A stretch of DNA of 64,000 nucleotides from positions 384,001-448,000 of the forward strand of contig CBDCRP010000003.1 in NCBI GenBank assembly GCA_965221165.1, written 5' to 3'. The notes under the pieces were generated by a model, which saw only the letters and a list, made by a program, of their open reading frames with translations, made no database searches and was not told the DNA's origin. The stretch comes from a bacterium (lineage in GTDB: Bacteria; UBA8248). The translations under genes were made by a program, and so were the position numbers. Positions within the stretch are counted from its first letter, which is position 1, and each line of letters begins with the position of its first letter. Positions 26,552 through 36,254 of the stretch are shown one piece after another.

Positions 26552-27063
26552 CTCGGGTTTGACCTCCCTCATTGGCCAGCAATCCCTCCCTCCTCGGTCG
26601 GGATTGACCCCTACCATGGTATTTCCGCTTTACCCGATCAGTTCGATATTCCCCTCCTCGCTCGGGATTGATCGTGCATCTCCCCGCACTTGCGATGCCG
26701 GTGAAATTTCGGGGTTTCGGTATGGTGCGGCCGCGCGTGATGTTGTTCGGCGGAAATGAGTGTCTGAAATTAAAGTGAAAAATAGTGAAAAAAGATGAAA
26801 AATTCGAAAAATATCTGAAAAATAATCGTGAATATAAAAGTTTATAATATACACTATTTCAAACAATTACGACATAAATATAAAGTAGTATAGTAATAAA
26901 ATCCCGGGATTTTCGCATAAAAAAAATTTTCAGCCCCCGCATTTCCCCGCATTTGCGCGCGGGGGCTTTTCCCAAGGGGAGCATATTCGGAGCCGAAAAA
27001 TTCGAGGCGGCTCAAGTCAGGCAAGAGCCGCTCGGATGAGGATTCGAAAGGTGAGAGAAATAT

Positions 27064-27528
27064 CTAGCCTGCGTCCTTTTCCTTGCGCTCCACCATGATG
27101 GTGACGTCGCCCTCGTGGATGAGTTCATCCCTTTGATTCAAGAGCCTGAGCGCGAGCGTCACCAGCCCTTGGCCCTTACTGGAAACGCGCCTGGACTTCA
27201 CTACGACCTCGCCGGCAATCGTATCGCCGAACCGAATCGGACCGCGAAAGCGCCACTCCAGACCCAAAAACGCCTCGACCGTCCCCTCGACGATGCCGAG
27301 CCTGGTCACCAAACCCATGAGGAATGAAAGCCCGAGCAGTCCATGCCCCACCCTTTCCCCAAAAGGAGTTTTGGCCGCCGCCTCCGCATCGGTGTGCAGA
27401 TAGGTGTAATCACCCGTCAGGGCGGAGAAGGCGTTGACGTCGGACTCTCCTATTGTACGCGCAGCAGTCTTCCACGACCTGCCCTCTTCCAATTCCTCAT
27501 AAAACAAACCCGTAGCCTCGTATTCCAA
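27064..27528 (-). CDS. MaoC/PaaZ-like hotdog-fold dehydratase
   Basis: FSALTGDYTYLHTD, FGERVGHG, FRGPIRFGDT and NQRDE. Confidence 0.9.
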   Translation of the reverse strand: MEYEATGLFYEELEEGRSWKTAARTIGESDVNAFSALTGDYTYLHTDAEAAAKTPFGERVGHGLLGLSFLMGLVTRLGIVEGTVEAFLGLEWRFRGPIRFGDTIAGEVVVKSRRVSSKGQGLVTLALRLLNQRDELIHEGDVTIMVERKEKDAG

Positions 27529-27538
27529 AACACGTTCC

Positions 27539-28375
27539 TCAGCGCAAAAGAAAACGGAAAGTGATTTCGCCCCATTGCTCCCTGTCGTCGGCGTCCGGGG
27601 GAAGAGGACTAAAGCGCCAGCGCTTCAGGTGATTCGAAGCCAAACCCTCGAGGTAAGCGCTCGCCTTTCTGATCGGGATGACGCGACCGACCGTACCATC
27701 CGGCAGCACCCAAAACTTCAAGACAATTTCCGTCGTGCTTTCGAGCCTCTCCAGTTTCGGTGGTTTCGGCTGAAACAGAATTCTCCGTCTTGCCGCCGGT
27801 CCTGCAATATCGGCTCGTTTTTTCGTCCTGGAATCGCGGGGAAAACTCAATCGCGATAATTCATCCAGCATTTTGCGGTCCGCTCTGGAATCCGAGAACG
27901 TGATTTTTTTTCTCCCCTTCAAACCTTTTGATTTTCCTGTGTTCTCTACCGGCAGCACGATTTCCCCCAGCCCTCCGCCTGGCTCCGAAATCTTTATCGG
28001 GGACACTTTTCCGGGCGCAAGCACCGGTTCCGGCATCTCTAACGCCGGAGGAGCAGGCAATGGCTTGCTCTCAGGCAGTACCCCCGGCTCGGGCGCTTCA
28101 AATTTCGCTTTCCTCTCAAGATCCAGGTTCCGCTCGATCGTAGTTTTTTTAGATAGCAATCGGCTCAAATCCAATGGTTTCGGCAAGGGAACTTCGGGCA
28201 ATGGCTTCGGCAGCAATGCTTCGGGTATGGGCACCTCCCGGCGTAAGAGGTCGACTTCCATTCTGTCAGGCTGTTTGGCGAAAATAGGCGATATTTTGAC
28301 CGCGGGCCCAAGCAGAACCAATCCCATATGAAGAGCGATGGAAACCAATAGCGTTAGAATCAATGAAAAGCTCAT
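27539..28375 (-). CDS. TonB family energy transducer
   Basis: N-terminal TM helix with SIALH (SxxxH), Pro-rich linker, and a TonB_C-like end (FWVLPDGTV...WRFSP). Confidence 0.85.
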   Translation of the reverse strand: MSFSLILTLLVSIALHMGLVLLGPAVKISPIFAKQPDRMEVDLLRREVPIPEALLPKPLPEVPLPKPLDLSRLLSKKTTIERNLDLERKAKFEAPEPGVLPESKPLPAPPALEMPEPVLAPGKVSPIKISEPGGGLGEIVLPVENTGKSKGLKGRKKITFSDSRADRKMLDELSRLSFPRDSRTKKRADIAGPAARRRILFQPKPPKLERLESTTEIVLKFWVLPDGTVGRVIPIRKASAYLEGLASNHLKRWRFSPLPPDADDREQWGEITFRFLLR

Positions 28376-28400
28376 GGTATTTGAGCCATCCTCCCTCGGG

Positions 28401-28826
28401 CTACTTCGTCGTCTTCTTCTGCACCCGCTTCGTCGGCGCCGTGGCAATCGACATTCGCAAAGCTCCCGCCTGCTTGGCAATATCCATCACTTGCACCACC
28501 AGACCATGAGGCACTCCTTTGTCTGCCCGAATGATGATCATACCCTCTCGCTGCACTTTCAACTCTTCTATCAATCGACCCCAGAGAGATTTAAGGGGTA
28601 TTTGATCGTTGTTCAAAAATACTCTTTTGTCACGCGCAATGATGAGGATTAAATCCTTGCGCACAGGATGTTCCTGCGTCACGGTCCGCGGCAACTCCAC
28701 CTTGACACCCGGTTGCAGAACAAATGAAGAACTCAAGACAAAGAACAACAGTAGCAAAAAGATAATGTCGATCATGGCTGTCATCCCGGGTTCCGCTCGC
28801 ACGCGCCTGAGGTCTCGAATTTTCAC
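28401..28826 (-). CDS. exbD: ExbD/TolR family protein
   Basis: MTAMIDIIFLLLLFF, IRADKGVPHG and VMDIAKQAG. Confidence 0.9.
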   Translation of the reverse strand: MKIRDLRRVRAEPGMTAMIDIIFLLLLFFVLSSSFVLQPGVKVELPRTVTQEHPVRKDLILIIARDKRVFLNNDQIPLKSLWGRLIEELKVQREGMIIIRADKGVPHGLVVQVMDIAKQAGALRMSIATAPTKRVQKKTTK

Positions 28827-28833
28827 TGTTTAC

Positions 28834-29433
28834 TCACCGCTTCAACGTCTCGACAACCCGGTAAGAGTGTTTTTCGATTTCCAAGATGAGACGGTCCGCC
28901 TTATTGGTGAAATAGTTGTAAAAAATGAGCGTGGGTATCGCTATGACGAGGCCCGTCGCCGTAGTAATGAGGGCCTCGCTGATGCCGCCGGCGAGTTGGC
29001 TGGGATGAGCGATTCCCTTCTCGCTAATGATGGCGAAAGTACGAATCATGCCGAAAACCGTCCCCGTGAGGCCCAGCAATGGCGATATGGCGGCGATAGT
29101 TCCCAGAGCGCCTAAATTCCTATCGAGCACGGTAACCTCCTGCCTGCCCGCATCCTCCACGATGGAACGGAGTTCCTCACGTTCTCTATCGTGATTCGCT
29201 ATCGTCAGGAGCAGTATCCTCCCCATGACCGAAGGATAGCGTCGGCAAAGCGTCATGGCATCAGACACCTGGTTCTCTGCAACCAAGTCTCTGACTTGTT
29301 GTAAAATGTCGATCTGAATGATTTTCTTGGTGCGCAGATTCAGAGTTCGCTCCAAGATGATGGCCAAAGCCAAGATGGAGCAAACACCCAATGGAACCAT
29401 CAGCACCCCACCCCTGGCCAAAAATTCGAACAT
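28834..29433 (-). CDS. exbB: MotA/TolQ/ExbB proton channel
   Basis: SPLLGLTGTVFGMIRTF and LAGGISEALITTATGLVIAIP. Confidence 0.92.
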   Translation of the reverse strand: MFEFLARGGVLMVPLGVCSILALAIILERTLNLRTKKIIQIDILQQVRDLVAENQVSDAMTLCRRYPSVMGRILLLTIANHDREREELRSIVEDAGRQEVTVLDRNLGALGTIAAISPLLGLTGTVFGMIRTFAIISEKGIAHPSQLAGGISEALITTATGLVIAIPTLIFYNYFTNKADRLILEIEKHSYRVVETLKR

Positions 29434-29473
29434 CAATAAGCACCTTTGAATAAATGGGATTTTTCAATTTTCA

Positions 29474-32400
29474 TTACTGTACACGACTTTTAATTTGTTT
29501 CGTAATTCGCTTAATAGCAATTCGAGCTTTTCGTCTAAATGCAGGATCGTCCACAACTTTTTTCACCTTTTGGTAAACCCGAAGGGCAATGGCGCGTTTG
29601 CCGGCTTTTTCATAGAGTTCGCCTGCACGTCCCAAGGCCCGCGCCACCCATATTTTCTGATCCGGGTATCGATAGATCAACTTCAAATACTCAGCAGCCG
29701 CTTTCGGGTCCTTGCGTTCATAGAATATCCGCGCGCGCACAAAGAACGCCTCCGCCGCCAGTTCCGGCGCTCCAAGTTCGACCGCGACCCCCAGCGCGCG
29801 TTGTGCATTGATATATTTCCTTCGTTTCCTAAAAATCTCGGCCGCCAGGAGCGCGGATTGACTTCGCAAGTCCACGCCTGCGGCGGATTCACTATTCATG
29901 GCCATCAAGAGGTGGGGGAGTGCAGCATCGTATTCCACTAACCGAACCAAGCAGCGGCCCAAGGCGAAACGAGCCAGCATTTCATAGCCATGGCCCGGAT
30001 ATGCCTCTAAAAACTCCTGAAGCCTCTGTTTTGCCTCTGCGCACCGGCCGATGCCGGCCAAGGTTTCACCGACGCCAAAAAGTCCATCCGCACGAAATCT
30101 AGCCGACGGATATTGGGTCAACAAAATCTCATACGAATCAAGGGCTTTGTCGATGTCTTTTCTAACCTTATGTATTCCCGCTATTCGCAACAGGGCTTGG
30201 GCAGCCAGATCATTACTCGCGTACTGGGCAATGACATCCTTATACGCTTTTAGAGCTTCCTCCAGATTCCTCTGTGTGAGCAAAACCTCGCCGATTTGAA
30301 AAGCCAGGGAAATACTCAAGTTACTTTCCGGATATTGGTCAATATACTCACGCGCACCCGATAGGAAGTTCACATACTCACCTAGTTGAAGGTGGCTGAG
30401 CAAACGACCATAGACGGCTTCTGAGAATTTCAGATGAGAAGGATACCTATTCATCATAAGACGATATAAGCGGTTCGCTTCTCTGTAGCGTCCTTCGTTG
30501 TACGATGAATCAGCCAGGCGCAAATATCCATCGCCTGCAAAGGAGGAATCTTTGTGTGATTCGAGAAAATCAAGAAGTTTCTGGCGGGCCAGGGAGTAGT
30601 TTCCTTTGCGGAAAGGAATCAATGCTAGAATATATTTTATTTCGGATACCGCTTTGCTCTTGGGGTAGCGCTTCAAAAAAGCATGAAAGTTCTTCTCCGC
30701 CGCATCAAAACGGCTACGCCTGAACAGCAATTTCGCTTTTTGGTATAGCGCTTCTTTGGCAACATCGCTTCCCCTGTATTTTTTCTCTACTCTCTCGAAA
30801 GATTGTAAAGCGCCATCATAGTTTCTGAGGTTGAAGCGAGCCTCTCCCGCACGGGAGAGAGCTTCCGGCGCCAAAACCCCACTCGGTTTGTGTTCAAAAA
30901 CCCGGTCAAAGGCAAGTGCTGCTTTTCTCCAGCTCTGTTTCCGGTATTGAACCCAAGCGAGCCCCCCCAAGGCGCGATAAAATTCAGGCGTATTCTTGGG
31001 AATTGCTCGAAACGCACGAGCAGCATCGTCAAGATTGCCCAATTCAAAAGCCGCTTCTCCATACCACAAAGCCGCCAGACCATCCTGGGAGACCGCGGGA
31101 TTCCTGCCCGCCGAGAAAGCCCAATGCTTGAGTACATCTCGGGCGCCCCTGAAGTCCTTGAGCCGAAATGCGGCAAAAGCCGTCGCCATCGCCGCGGAAC
31201 GAGCAGCATCACGCTCTGCCAGGCGATGAATGGAAACCGGCGGGTAATCAGCACCCAAACGCAGGATGCCGTAAGCGCGCTTTACTTTGCCGAGATGGTA
31301 TTGAGAAAGACCTTCCACAATCCTCGCTATACGATAGATTCTGCCGAGCGGGAACTCATCGCTTACCCTTCCCGCCAGAATCGATGCTTCTTCATACACC
31401 CCGATGCGGAATAACTTCCAAGCCAATTGAAGGCGCAAAGCGCCAACAAGCATTTTTCGGCGATTGGCGCGAGAGAATTCCAGAAGGCGCATCTTTAATT
31501 TTTTTAACCTTTCGTCAGATTTTTGGATTGACTCGATTTCAGAGGAAAACAAACCCGCCAGGACAAAAGCCTGGAGGGGATGTTCCGGGTGGCGACGCAT
31601 GAAAAGAGAAAAGGCACGCTTTGCTCCCTCGATTTGGCCCAAGAACAATCGCGCCCAGCCAATACCGTAAAGCGCTTCCCCCAGAAGTGTTTTATTAAAC
31701 TTACCTCCACTCGCACCGAGCGCCTCAGCCGCCGTGTAGCGTTTTTCCGCCTGAACATAATTTCGTTTTTGCAGATAGAAATGTCCGAGAGCCACGAGCG
31801 CTTTAAGCGCCAGTCGCCCCTTGTTATCAGCTAGTATCGTCCATGTATCGAGCGCTTCATCGATTGAACCTGCTTTCGCTTGCGCCAAGCCTTTCAGGAA
31901 AATCGCCTCATCATAGGCAAGTTTACCCTTAACCCACGATTGCCCCTCCAATAGACCCAGACACCCCTCATAATCACGCGCCTCGCAATGTTCTTGCGCA
32001 AGGGCATATCTTGCAGCCGACACATAGCGAAGACCGTCGGTCAGAAGCAATTTTAACAAGTGTTTTCTGCGCGCTCTGGCTTCCCCAGTTTTTCTTAAGC
32101 GCAGAAGGGTCTCCCCCGCCCAGAAGAGAGCCGCCGCGCTCCAGAAGTGGAGTTTCGTACTTTTCACCAGTCCATCGAAAAGAGAGAGAGCCTCTATCGG
32201 CGCGCCTTTTTGCAAATAGGCAAGCGCCGTATCGAATTGTTCACTCTCATCGATAAAATCACCCGGTGAACTACTTAAGAGTTGCACTAAGTCGAGGTCC
32301 GGCTTTTTCTCAGGTGGAATCGGGCGCGGAGGCAAGCGAATGGACGGGATTTGCGGCTCCACAAAAACAACGGGAAGGCGGACGCCCAACCGCTTGGGCG

Positions 32401-32623
32401 GTATGGGATGCACACGAGCAGCAATGATATGCTCGATGCTGGGCGATTCCACCACGACTTCGGGTAAGGAAATCGATAGCTGTTTCCCCTTACCAGCGCT
32501 TCCACTTTTGGCCCACGCGATATTTTCACAACCTGAATATCCACAGAATATGGCCACCAAGCCGATGAGAAACCTAGACAGCAAATCATAATCGGGGAAT
32601 CGCATTTTCATCCCTCTTGTCAT
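29474..32623 (-). CDS. large exported tetratricopeptide-repeat protein
   Basis: Hydrophobic N-terminus, Pro-rich segment, and many CpoB/BamD-like TPR units (A..F..FL..YP.S...). Confidence 0.8.
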   Translation of the reverse strand: MTRGMKMRFPDYDLLSRFLIGLVAIFCGYSGCENIAWAKSGSAGKGKQLSISLPEVVVESPSIEHIIAARVHPIPPKRLGVRLPVVFVEPQIPSIRLPPRPIPPEKKPDLDLVQLLSSSPGDFIDESEQFDTALAYLQKGAPIEALSLFDGLVKSTKLHFWSAAALFWAGETLLRLRKTGEARARRKHLLKLLLTDGLRYVSAARYALAQEHCEARDYEGCLGLLEGQSWVKGKLAYDEAIFLKGLAQAKAGSIDEALDTWTILADNKGRLALKALVALGHFYLQKRNYVQAEKRYTAAEALGASGGKFNKTLLGEALYGIGWARLFLGQIEGAKRAFSLFMRRHPEHPLQAFVLAGLFSSEIESIQKSDERLKKLKMRLLEFSRANRRKMLVGALRLQLAWKLFRIGVYEEASILAGRVSDEFPLGRIYRIARIVEGLSQYHLGKVKRAYGILRLGADYPPVSIHRLAERDAARSAAMATAFAAFRLKDFRGARDVLKHWAFSAGRNPAVSQDGLAALWYGEAAFELGNLDDAARAFRAIPKNTPEFYRALGGLAWVQYRKQSWRKAALAFDRVFEHKPSGVLAPEALSRAGEARFNLRNYDGALQSFERVEKKYRGSDVAKEALYQKAKLLFRRSRFDAAEKNFHAFLKRYPKSKAVSEIKYILALIPFRKGNYSLARQKLLDFLESHKDSSFAGDGYLRLADSSYNEGRYREANRLYRLMMNRYPSHLKFSEAVYGRLLSHLQLGEYVNFLSGAREYIDQYPESNLSISLAFQIGEVLLTQRNLEEALKAYKDVIAQYASNDLAAQALLRIAGIHKVRKDIDKALDSYEILLTQYPSARFRADGLFGVGETLAGIGRCAEAKQRLQEFLEAYPGHGYEMLARFALGRCLVRLVEYDAALPHLLMAMNSESAAGVDLRSQSALLAAEIFRKRRKYINAQRALGVAVELGAPELAAEAFFVRARIFYERKDPKAAAEYLKLIYRYPDQKIWVARALGRAGELYEKAGKRAIALRVYQKVKKVVDDPAFRRKARIAIKRITKQIKSRVQ

Positions 32624-35283
32624 CGAAGCAGCGGCTCACGATTTTTCATTTTTCGCTCACGCTCTTTGAGCGAAACCAGATAGGCTTCAAGCTGGCGGAT
32701 TCTTCCTTTCGCTTGCTTGATTTCTTCTGTCACATGGGCTGCAACATTTCCATTTTCAAGCGCCACAATGCTTTGATAATGACGAATAGCCTTCTCCCAT
32801 TCTCGACGTGATTCACGAATCGCCGCCGCACGCCAAGTCGCCGAGCGCAGCCACTCCATATGCCCTTCTCCAGAGCGCATTAACGATTCAAAGAGTTCAA
32901 GCGCCTTTGTCCTTTCGCCACTTCTCTCAAGCTGTGCTGCGATTTGAAATAACGCAGGCCCAGAAATATTCACATCTTTTGATTTTGAAGCGACTCGAAA
33001 GGCCGCCGACGCAGCTTCCGGCCTTTGTCTCCTCATTTCAAGCGAGCCAAGCCGAAAGGCCACCACAGCCGCCTTATGATTTCGGGGAAATTTGTTTAAA
33101 AAATCAGTATAGGCACGGACAGCTTTATCGATATCTCCCATATTCTCGAAAACTTCCCCCAGCCTCAATGCCACCTCGGCGTCATGAGGATCAAGAGCTA
33201 AAATATGGCGCAGCGCATCCGCCAACTCTCTTAAATTCTCTTCTTGAAGAAAACACGACGCACGAAGCCGGTATAAAGCCAACTTCTCATTTTTCGATGT
33301 GGTATTTTGCAACCCCCGCCCTGATATTTTCACTGCGCGCCCACAGTCTTTTCTCTCAAATAACACAAACGCCCACAGTCTAAGCCCTTCCCCAGGATTG
33401 GGCGGCGTTAGCGCATCCCAAGACGAAAAGGCCTCATCCGCACCCGGCCAGTCTCGTGCGCCGAATGAATTTCGCGCCAGGAAATACCAGATGGAGCGCC
33501 TCCTCGAAATGCTCACCTTCTCATCGCTCGCGAGAGGCAGGAGAAACGTCCGCGCTTTTTGAAAGTCTCCCTGCTCACGATACAAATTGCCGATTTTCAG
33601 GCGCGCCTCGCGCTTTAATTCTTCGGGAAGAAGGGACAGCACACCCTGAAAATGTTTCAATGCCTCTTTTTTATTTCCGCGTTTCTCCGCCAACTCACCC
33701 AAACGATACCTCGACCGAATGACGAGCTCAGGGCGTCTTTCGCCGGGAAGAACTTGTCGAAAATAAACTCCCGCTTCATCGAGTCGACCGGCACTCCATG
33801 CACATTCGGCTCTCAGGAAAGCCACTTCCGAGCGCAAAGGCTTGGGAATATATTCTCGGGGAACTATTTTCACCAAAGGAACGGATCGAGCGCAATCTTT
33901 TCGGGCATTATAGATAGACGCCGCCCGCAAAACGCCTTGATATACGGCTTGCATGATCTCGGGCTCGACATTTTTCCCCGCTTTCCGGAGTCGGTTGAAT
34001 GATCCCAATATCTGTTGATACCGCTTTAGAAGTTCTTCCGCATTTTGCTTCGTGTCTTTCTCCAACATGTCGGCCAAACGCAGCCCAGACCATATCGCCT
34101 CGCGTGTATTCGGCACGCGCCGAATGAGCTCGTGATATTGACTTACCGCCTCTTTTTTCAAACCCGCATCAAAAAGGCAATTCGCCATCTGGAGGCGAGA
34201 GGAAAAGGGAAGTGGTGCTCCTTTAGTGATAACATCAAGTGCAAAAACAAGATATTTTCTGCCTCTTTCGTTACAAGACCCCGCTCTTTGCACGCTTTGC
34301 AAGAAATACAAGAGATACGCACCGTCCTTGGCCGGATTGCGAATCAACCGTTGATAGACCGGTACGGCTTTCGCGTATTCTCCTACGCGCCACCAGGAGG
34401 ACGCCATGCCTCTCTCCGCCGTCATGCGCTGTGATTTTGAAAGCCTCATTCCCAAAACGGCTTCAAATGCCGCGCCCGCCTTCAAATATTTCTTTTGCGC
34501 GAATAAACTCGCGGCTTGCGCCAGTCTCAAGTCAGCCCGTTTTTTCTCTCCGGGATGTCCCTGAAATAAAGAGTCAAAAGTCTTTTCTGCCGAAGCGAAT
34601 TTTTTCAGTTCCAATTGTATTTTTGCGAGTCGCAATGAAAAAGCATGCACCCGCGGATTTTTAGGGAAACGGCGCACGACCAGCTTATAAGCCGCCTCGG
34701 CTTCCCTGATTCGCGGTATATGATCCAGGGCGATGGCGCGCTCGAAGAGGATATCTTCCACCCGTGGGTCTTTGGGTGCGGATTTAATGAATTCATCAAG
34801 CGCAACGACTGCACCTCGCCAATCACGCATCGCCAGCCGAAGCGCAGCAACCCTGTAGATACCCTCTATTCGGTAGCGTCTGGATTTCAGGGAAGAATAG
34901 GCGCGTATCGCCTTTTTTCTATTCCCGATCCTCTCTGCGAGCACTCCAATTCGAAATCGAACTTCATCGGCTCTTGCATTCCGGGGATATCGGCTCAAGA
35001 ATACCTGATACGCCGCAATCGCCTCCTTGGGTCGATTATCACGACGCAGCGCTTCAGCGAGCAGATAACGCACGATCGAAGCCTCGTCGCTTTTCCCCGC
35101 TGCCTTGAGGTAGGCCCTGAAGGCATCTATCGCAGGCTCAAAAAATCCGTCCCGGTAGGTATTCAATCCAAATTCGAGGTGGGACTGCGGGCTTTCTTTG
35201 AATTGGCCCTGAACCGTGGCAAATGGCGAGAATACAAACCCCAAAAGAACGAACACCACAACGGGGAAAAAGCTACGCCTCAT
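32620..35283 (-). CDS. large exported tetratricopeptide-repeat protein
   Basis: Signal peptide MRRSFFPVVVFVLLG and repeated TPR units (AIAAYQVFLSRYPRN). Overlaps both neighbouring genes. Confidence 0.8.
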   Translation of the reverse strand: MRRSFFPVVVFVLLGFVFSPFATVQGQFKESPQSHLEFGLNTYRDGFFEPAIDAFRAYLKAAGKSDEASIVRYLLAEALRRDNRPKEAIAAYQVFLSRYPRNARADEVRFRIGVLAERIGNRKKAIRAYSSLKSRRYRIEGIYRVAALRLAMRDWRGAVVALDEFIKSAPKDPRVEDILFERAIALDHIPRIREAEAAYKLVVRRFPKNPRVHAFSLRLAKIQLELKKFASAEKTFDSLFQGHPGEKKRADLRLAQAASLFAQKKYLKAGAAFEAVLGMRLSKSQRMTAERGMASSWWRVGEYAKAVPVYQRLIRNPAKDGAYLLYFLQSVQRAGSCNERGRKYLVFALDVITKGAPLPFSSRLQMANCLFDAGLKKEAVSQYHELIRRVPNTREAIWSGLRLADMLEKDTKQNAEELLKRYQQILGSFNRLRKAGKNVEPEIMQAVYQGVLRAASIYNARKDCARSVPLVKIVPREYIPKPLRSEVAFLRAECAWSAGRLDEAGVYFRQVLPGERRPELVIRSRYRLGELAEKRGNKKEALKHFQGVLSLLPEELKREARLKIGNLYREQGDFQKARTFLLPLASDEKVSISRRRSIWYFLARNSFGARDWPGADEAFSSWDALTPPNPGEGLRLWAFVLFERKDCGRAVKISGRGLQNTTSKNEKLALYRLRASCFLQEENLRELADALRHILALDPHDAEVALRLGEVFENMGDIDKAVRAYTDFLNKFPRNHKAAVVAFRLGSLEMRRQRPEAASAAFRVASKSKDVNISGPALFQIAAQLERSGERTKALELFESLMRSGEGHMEWLRSATWRAAAIRESRREWEKAIRHYQSIVALENGNVAAHVTEEIKQAKGRIRQLEAYLVSLKERERKMKNREPLLR

Positions 35284-36127
35284 CCTCAGGCTCCAATGAG
35301 ATGTTGTCGATCAGTCTGGTCTCACCGATATGGGCCGCAATGGCCATTCGGGCAGCGCCGTTGATTTTTTCTACTTTTTCGAGTGTCGCAGGGTCCACGA
35401 TTTCCACGTAATCGACCTTCGACCCGGCTTTTTCCAACTCATCCATGCAAGCTTTGATGATAGTGGAGCAAAGCCTCTCACCGCTCGCCACCATCTTTTT
35501 CGCATGGAATAAAGCGCGGCTAATGGAACGCGCACGCAATCGCTCCTCATCCGATAAATAAGCGTTTCTACTACTCAAAGCCATGCCATCGTCTTCGCGG
35601 ACTATCGGGCAAGGAATAATCTCGACTCCGATATTCAAGTCATGCGCCATACGCTCGATTAAAACGAGTTGTTGATAATCTTTTTCTCCAAAATAAGCCC
35701 GATGCGGAAGACACGCGGAGAACAGCTTGAGTACGACCGTGGCCACCCCCTGGAAATGCCCCGCTCGATGACCTCCGCAAAGAGACGCTCCCAAGCCCGG
35801 CACGTCTACCCATGTGTCATATCCGCCAGGGTACATGGAATCGGCTTTCGGCGCATAGACGGAACAAACGCCCATCTCCCGGCAAACTTGCAGATCCGCC
35901 TCGAAAGTTCGCGGGTAGGTATTATAGTCCTCACCGGTAGAGAATTGGGCCGGATTCACAAAAATGCTCACGACGACGGCGCTACACTCATCCATTGCCC
36001 GAGCGATCAGGCTTCCGTGCCCCTCATGCAGCGCTCCCATCGTCGGAACCAACCCGAGCGGCGCACGGTCTCGCCTGAGAGCTTCGGCCAATTCACGCAT
36101 TTCTTGAGGCGTATCGACAACTTTCAT
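35273..36127 (-). CDS. panC: pantoate--beta-alanine ligase
   Basis: VPTMGALHEGH, SIFVNPAQF, FGEKDYQQ, ALSSRN and RLIDN. Confidence 0.97.
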   Translation of the reverse strand: MKVVDTPQEMRELAEALRRDRAPLGLVPTMGALHEGHGSLIARAMDECSAVVVSIFVNPAQFSTGEDYNTYPRTFEADLQVCREMGVCSVYAPKADSMYPGGYDTWVDVPGLGASLCGGHRAGHFQGVATVVLKLFSACLPHRAYFGEKDYQQLVLIERMAHDLNIGVEIIPCPIVREDDGMALSSRNAYLSDEERLRARSISRALFHAKKMVASGERLCSTIIKACMDELEKAGSKVDYVEIVDPATLEKVEKINGAARMAIAAHIGETRLIDNISLEPEDEA

Positions 36128-36254
36128 GCGAAATCTCTGGGAAAATGAACAACAGACACCAGAGCGGGCGACGGTAGGGTATCTTCTCAAATATCCAGAG
36201 GGAAAAACAAGGTGGAATATACAAGGTCTCGCCTGGGCCATGATGGCGAAGACC

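Noticed and set aside
26029-26671. Repeated ORFs (MRPMFYGR..., MPPLQKTIS...) and a possible CRISPR-like array
   Set aside because: The ORFs are translations of the duplicated REP-containing DNA. There are only two long copies, no regular repeat-spacer periodicity and no cas genes.
26755-26935. Replication origin
   Set aside because: AT-rich, but with no TTATCCACA DnaA-box cluster and no dnaA, dnaN or gidA context.
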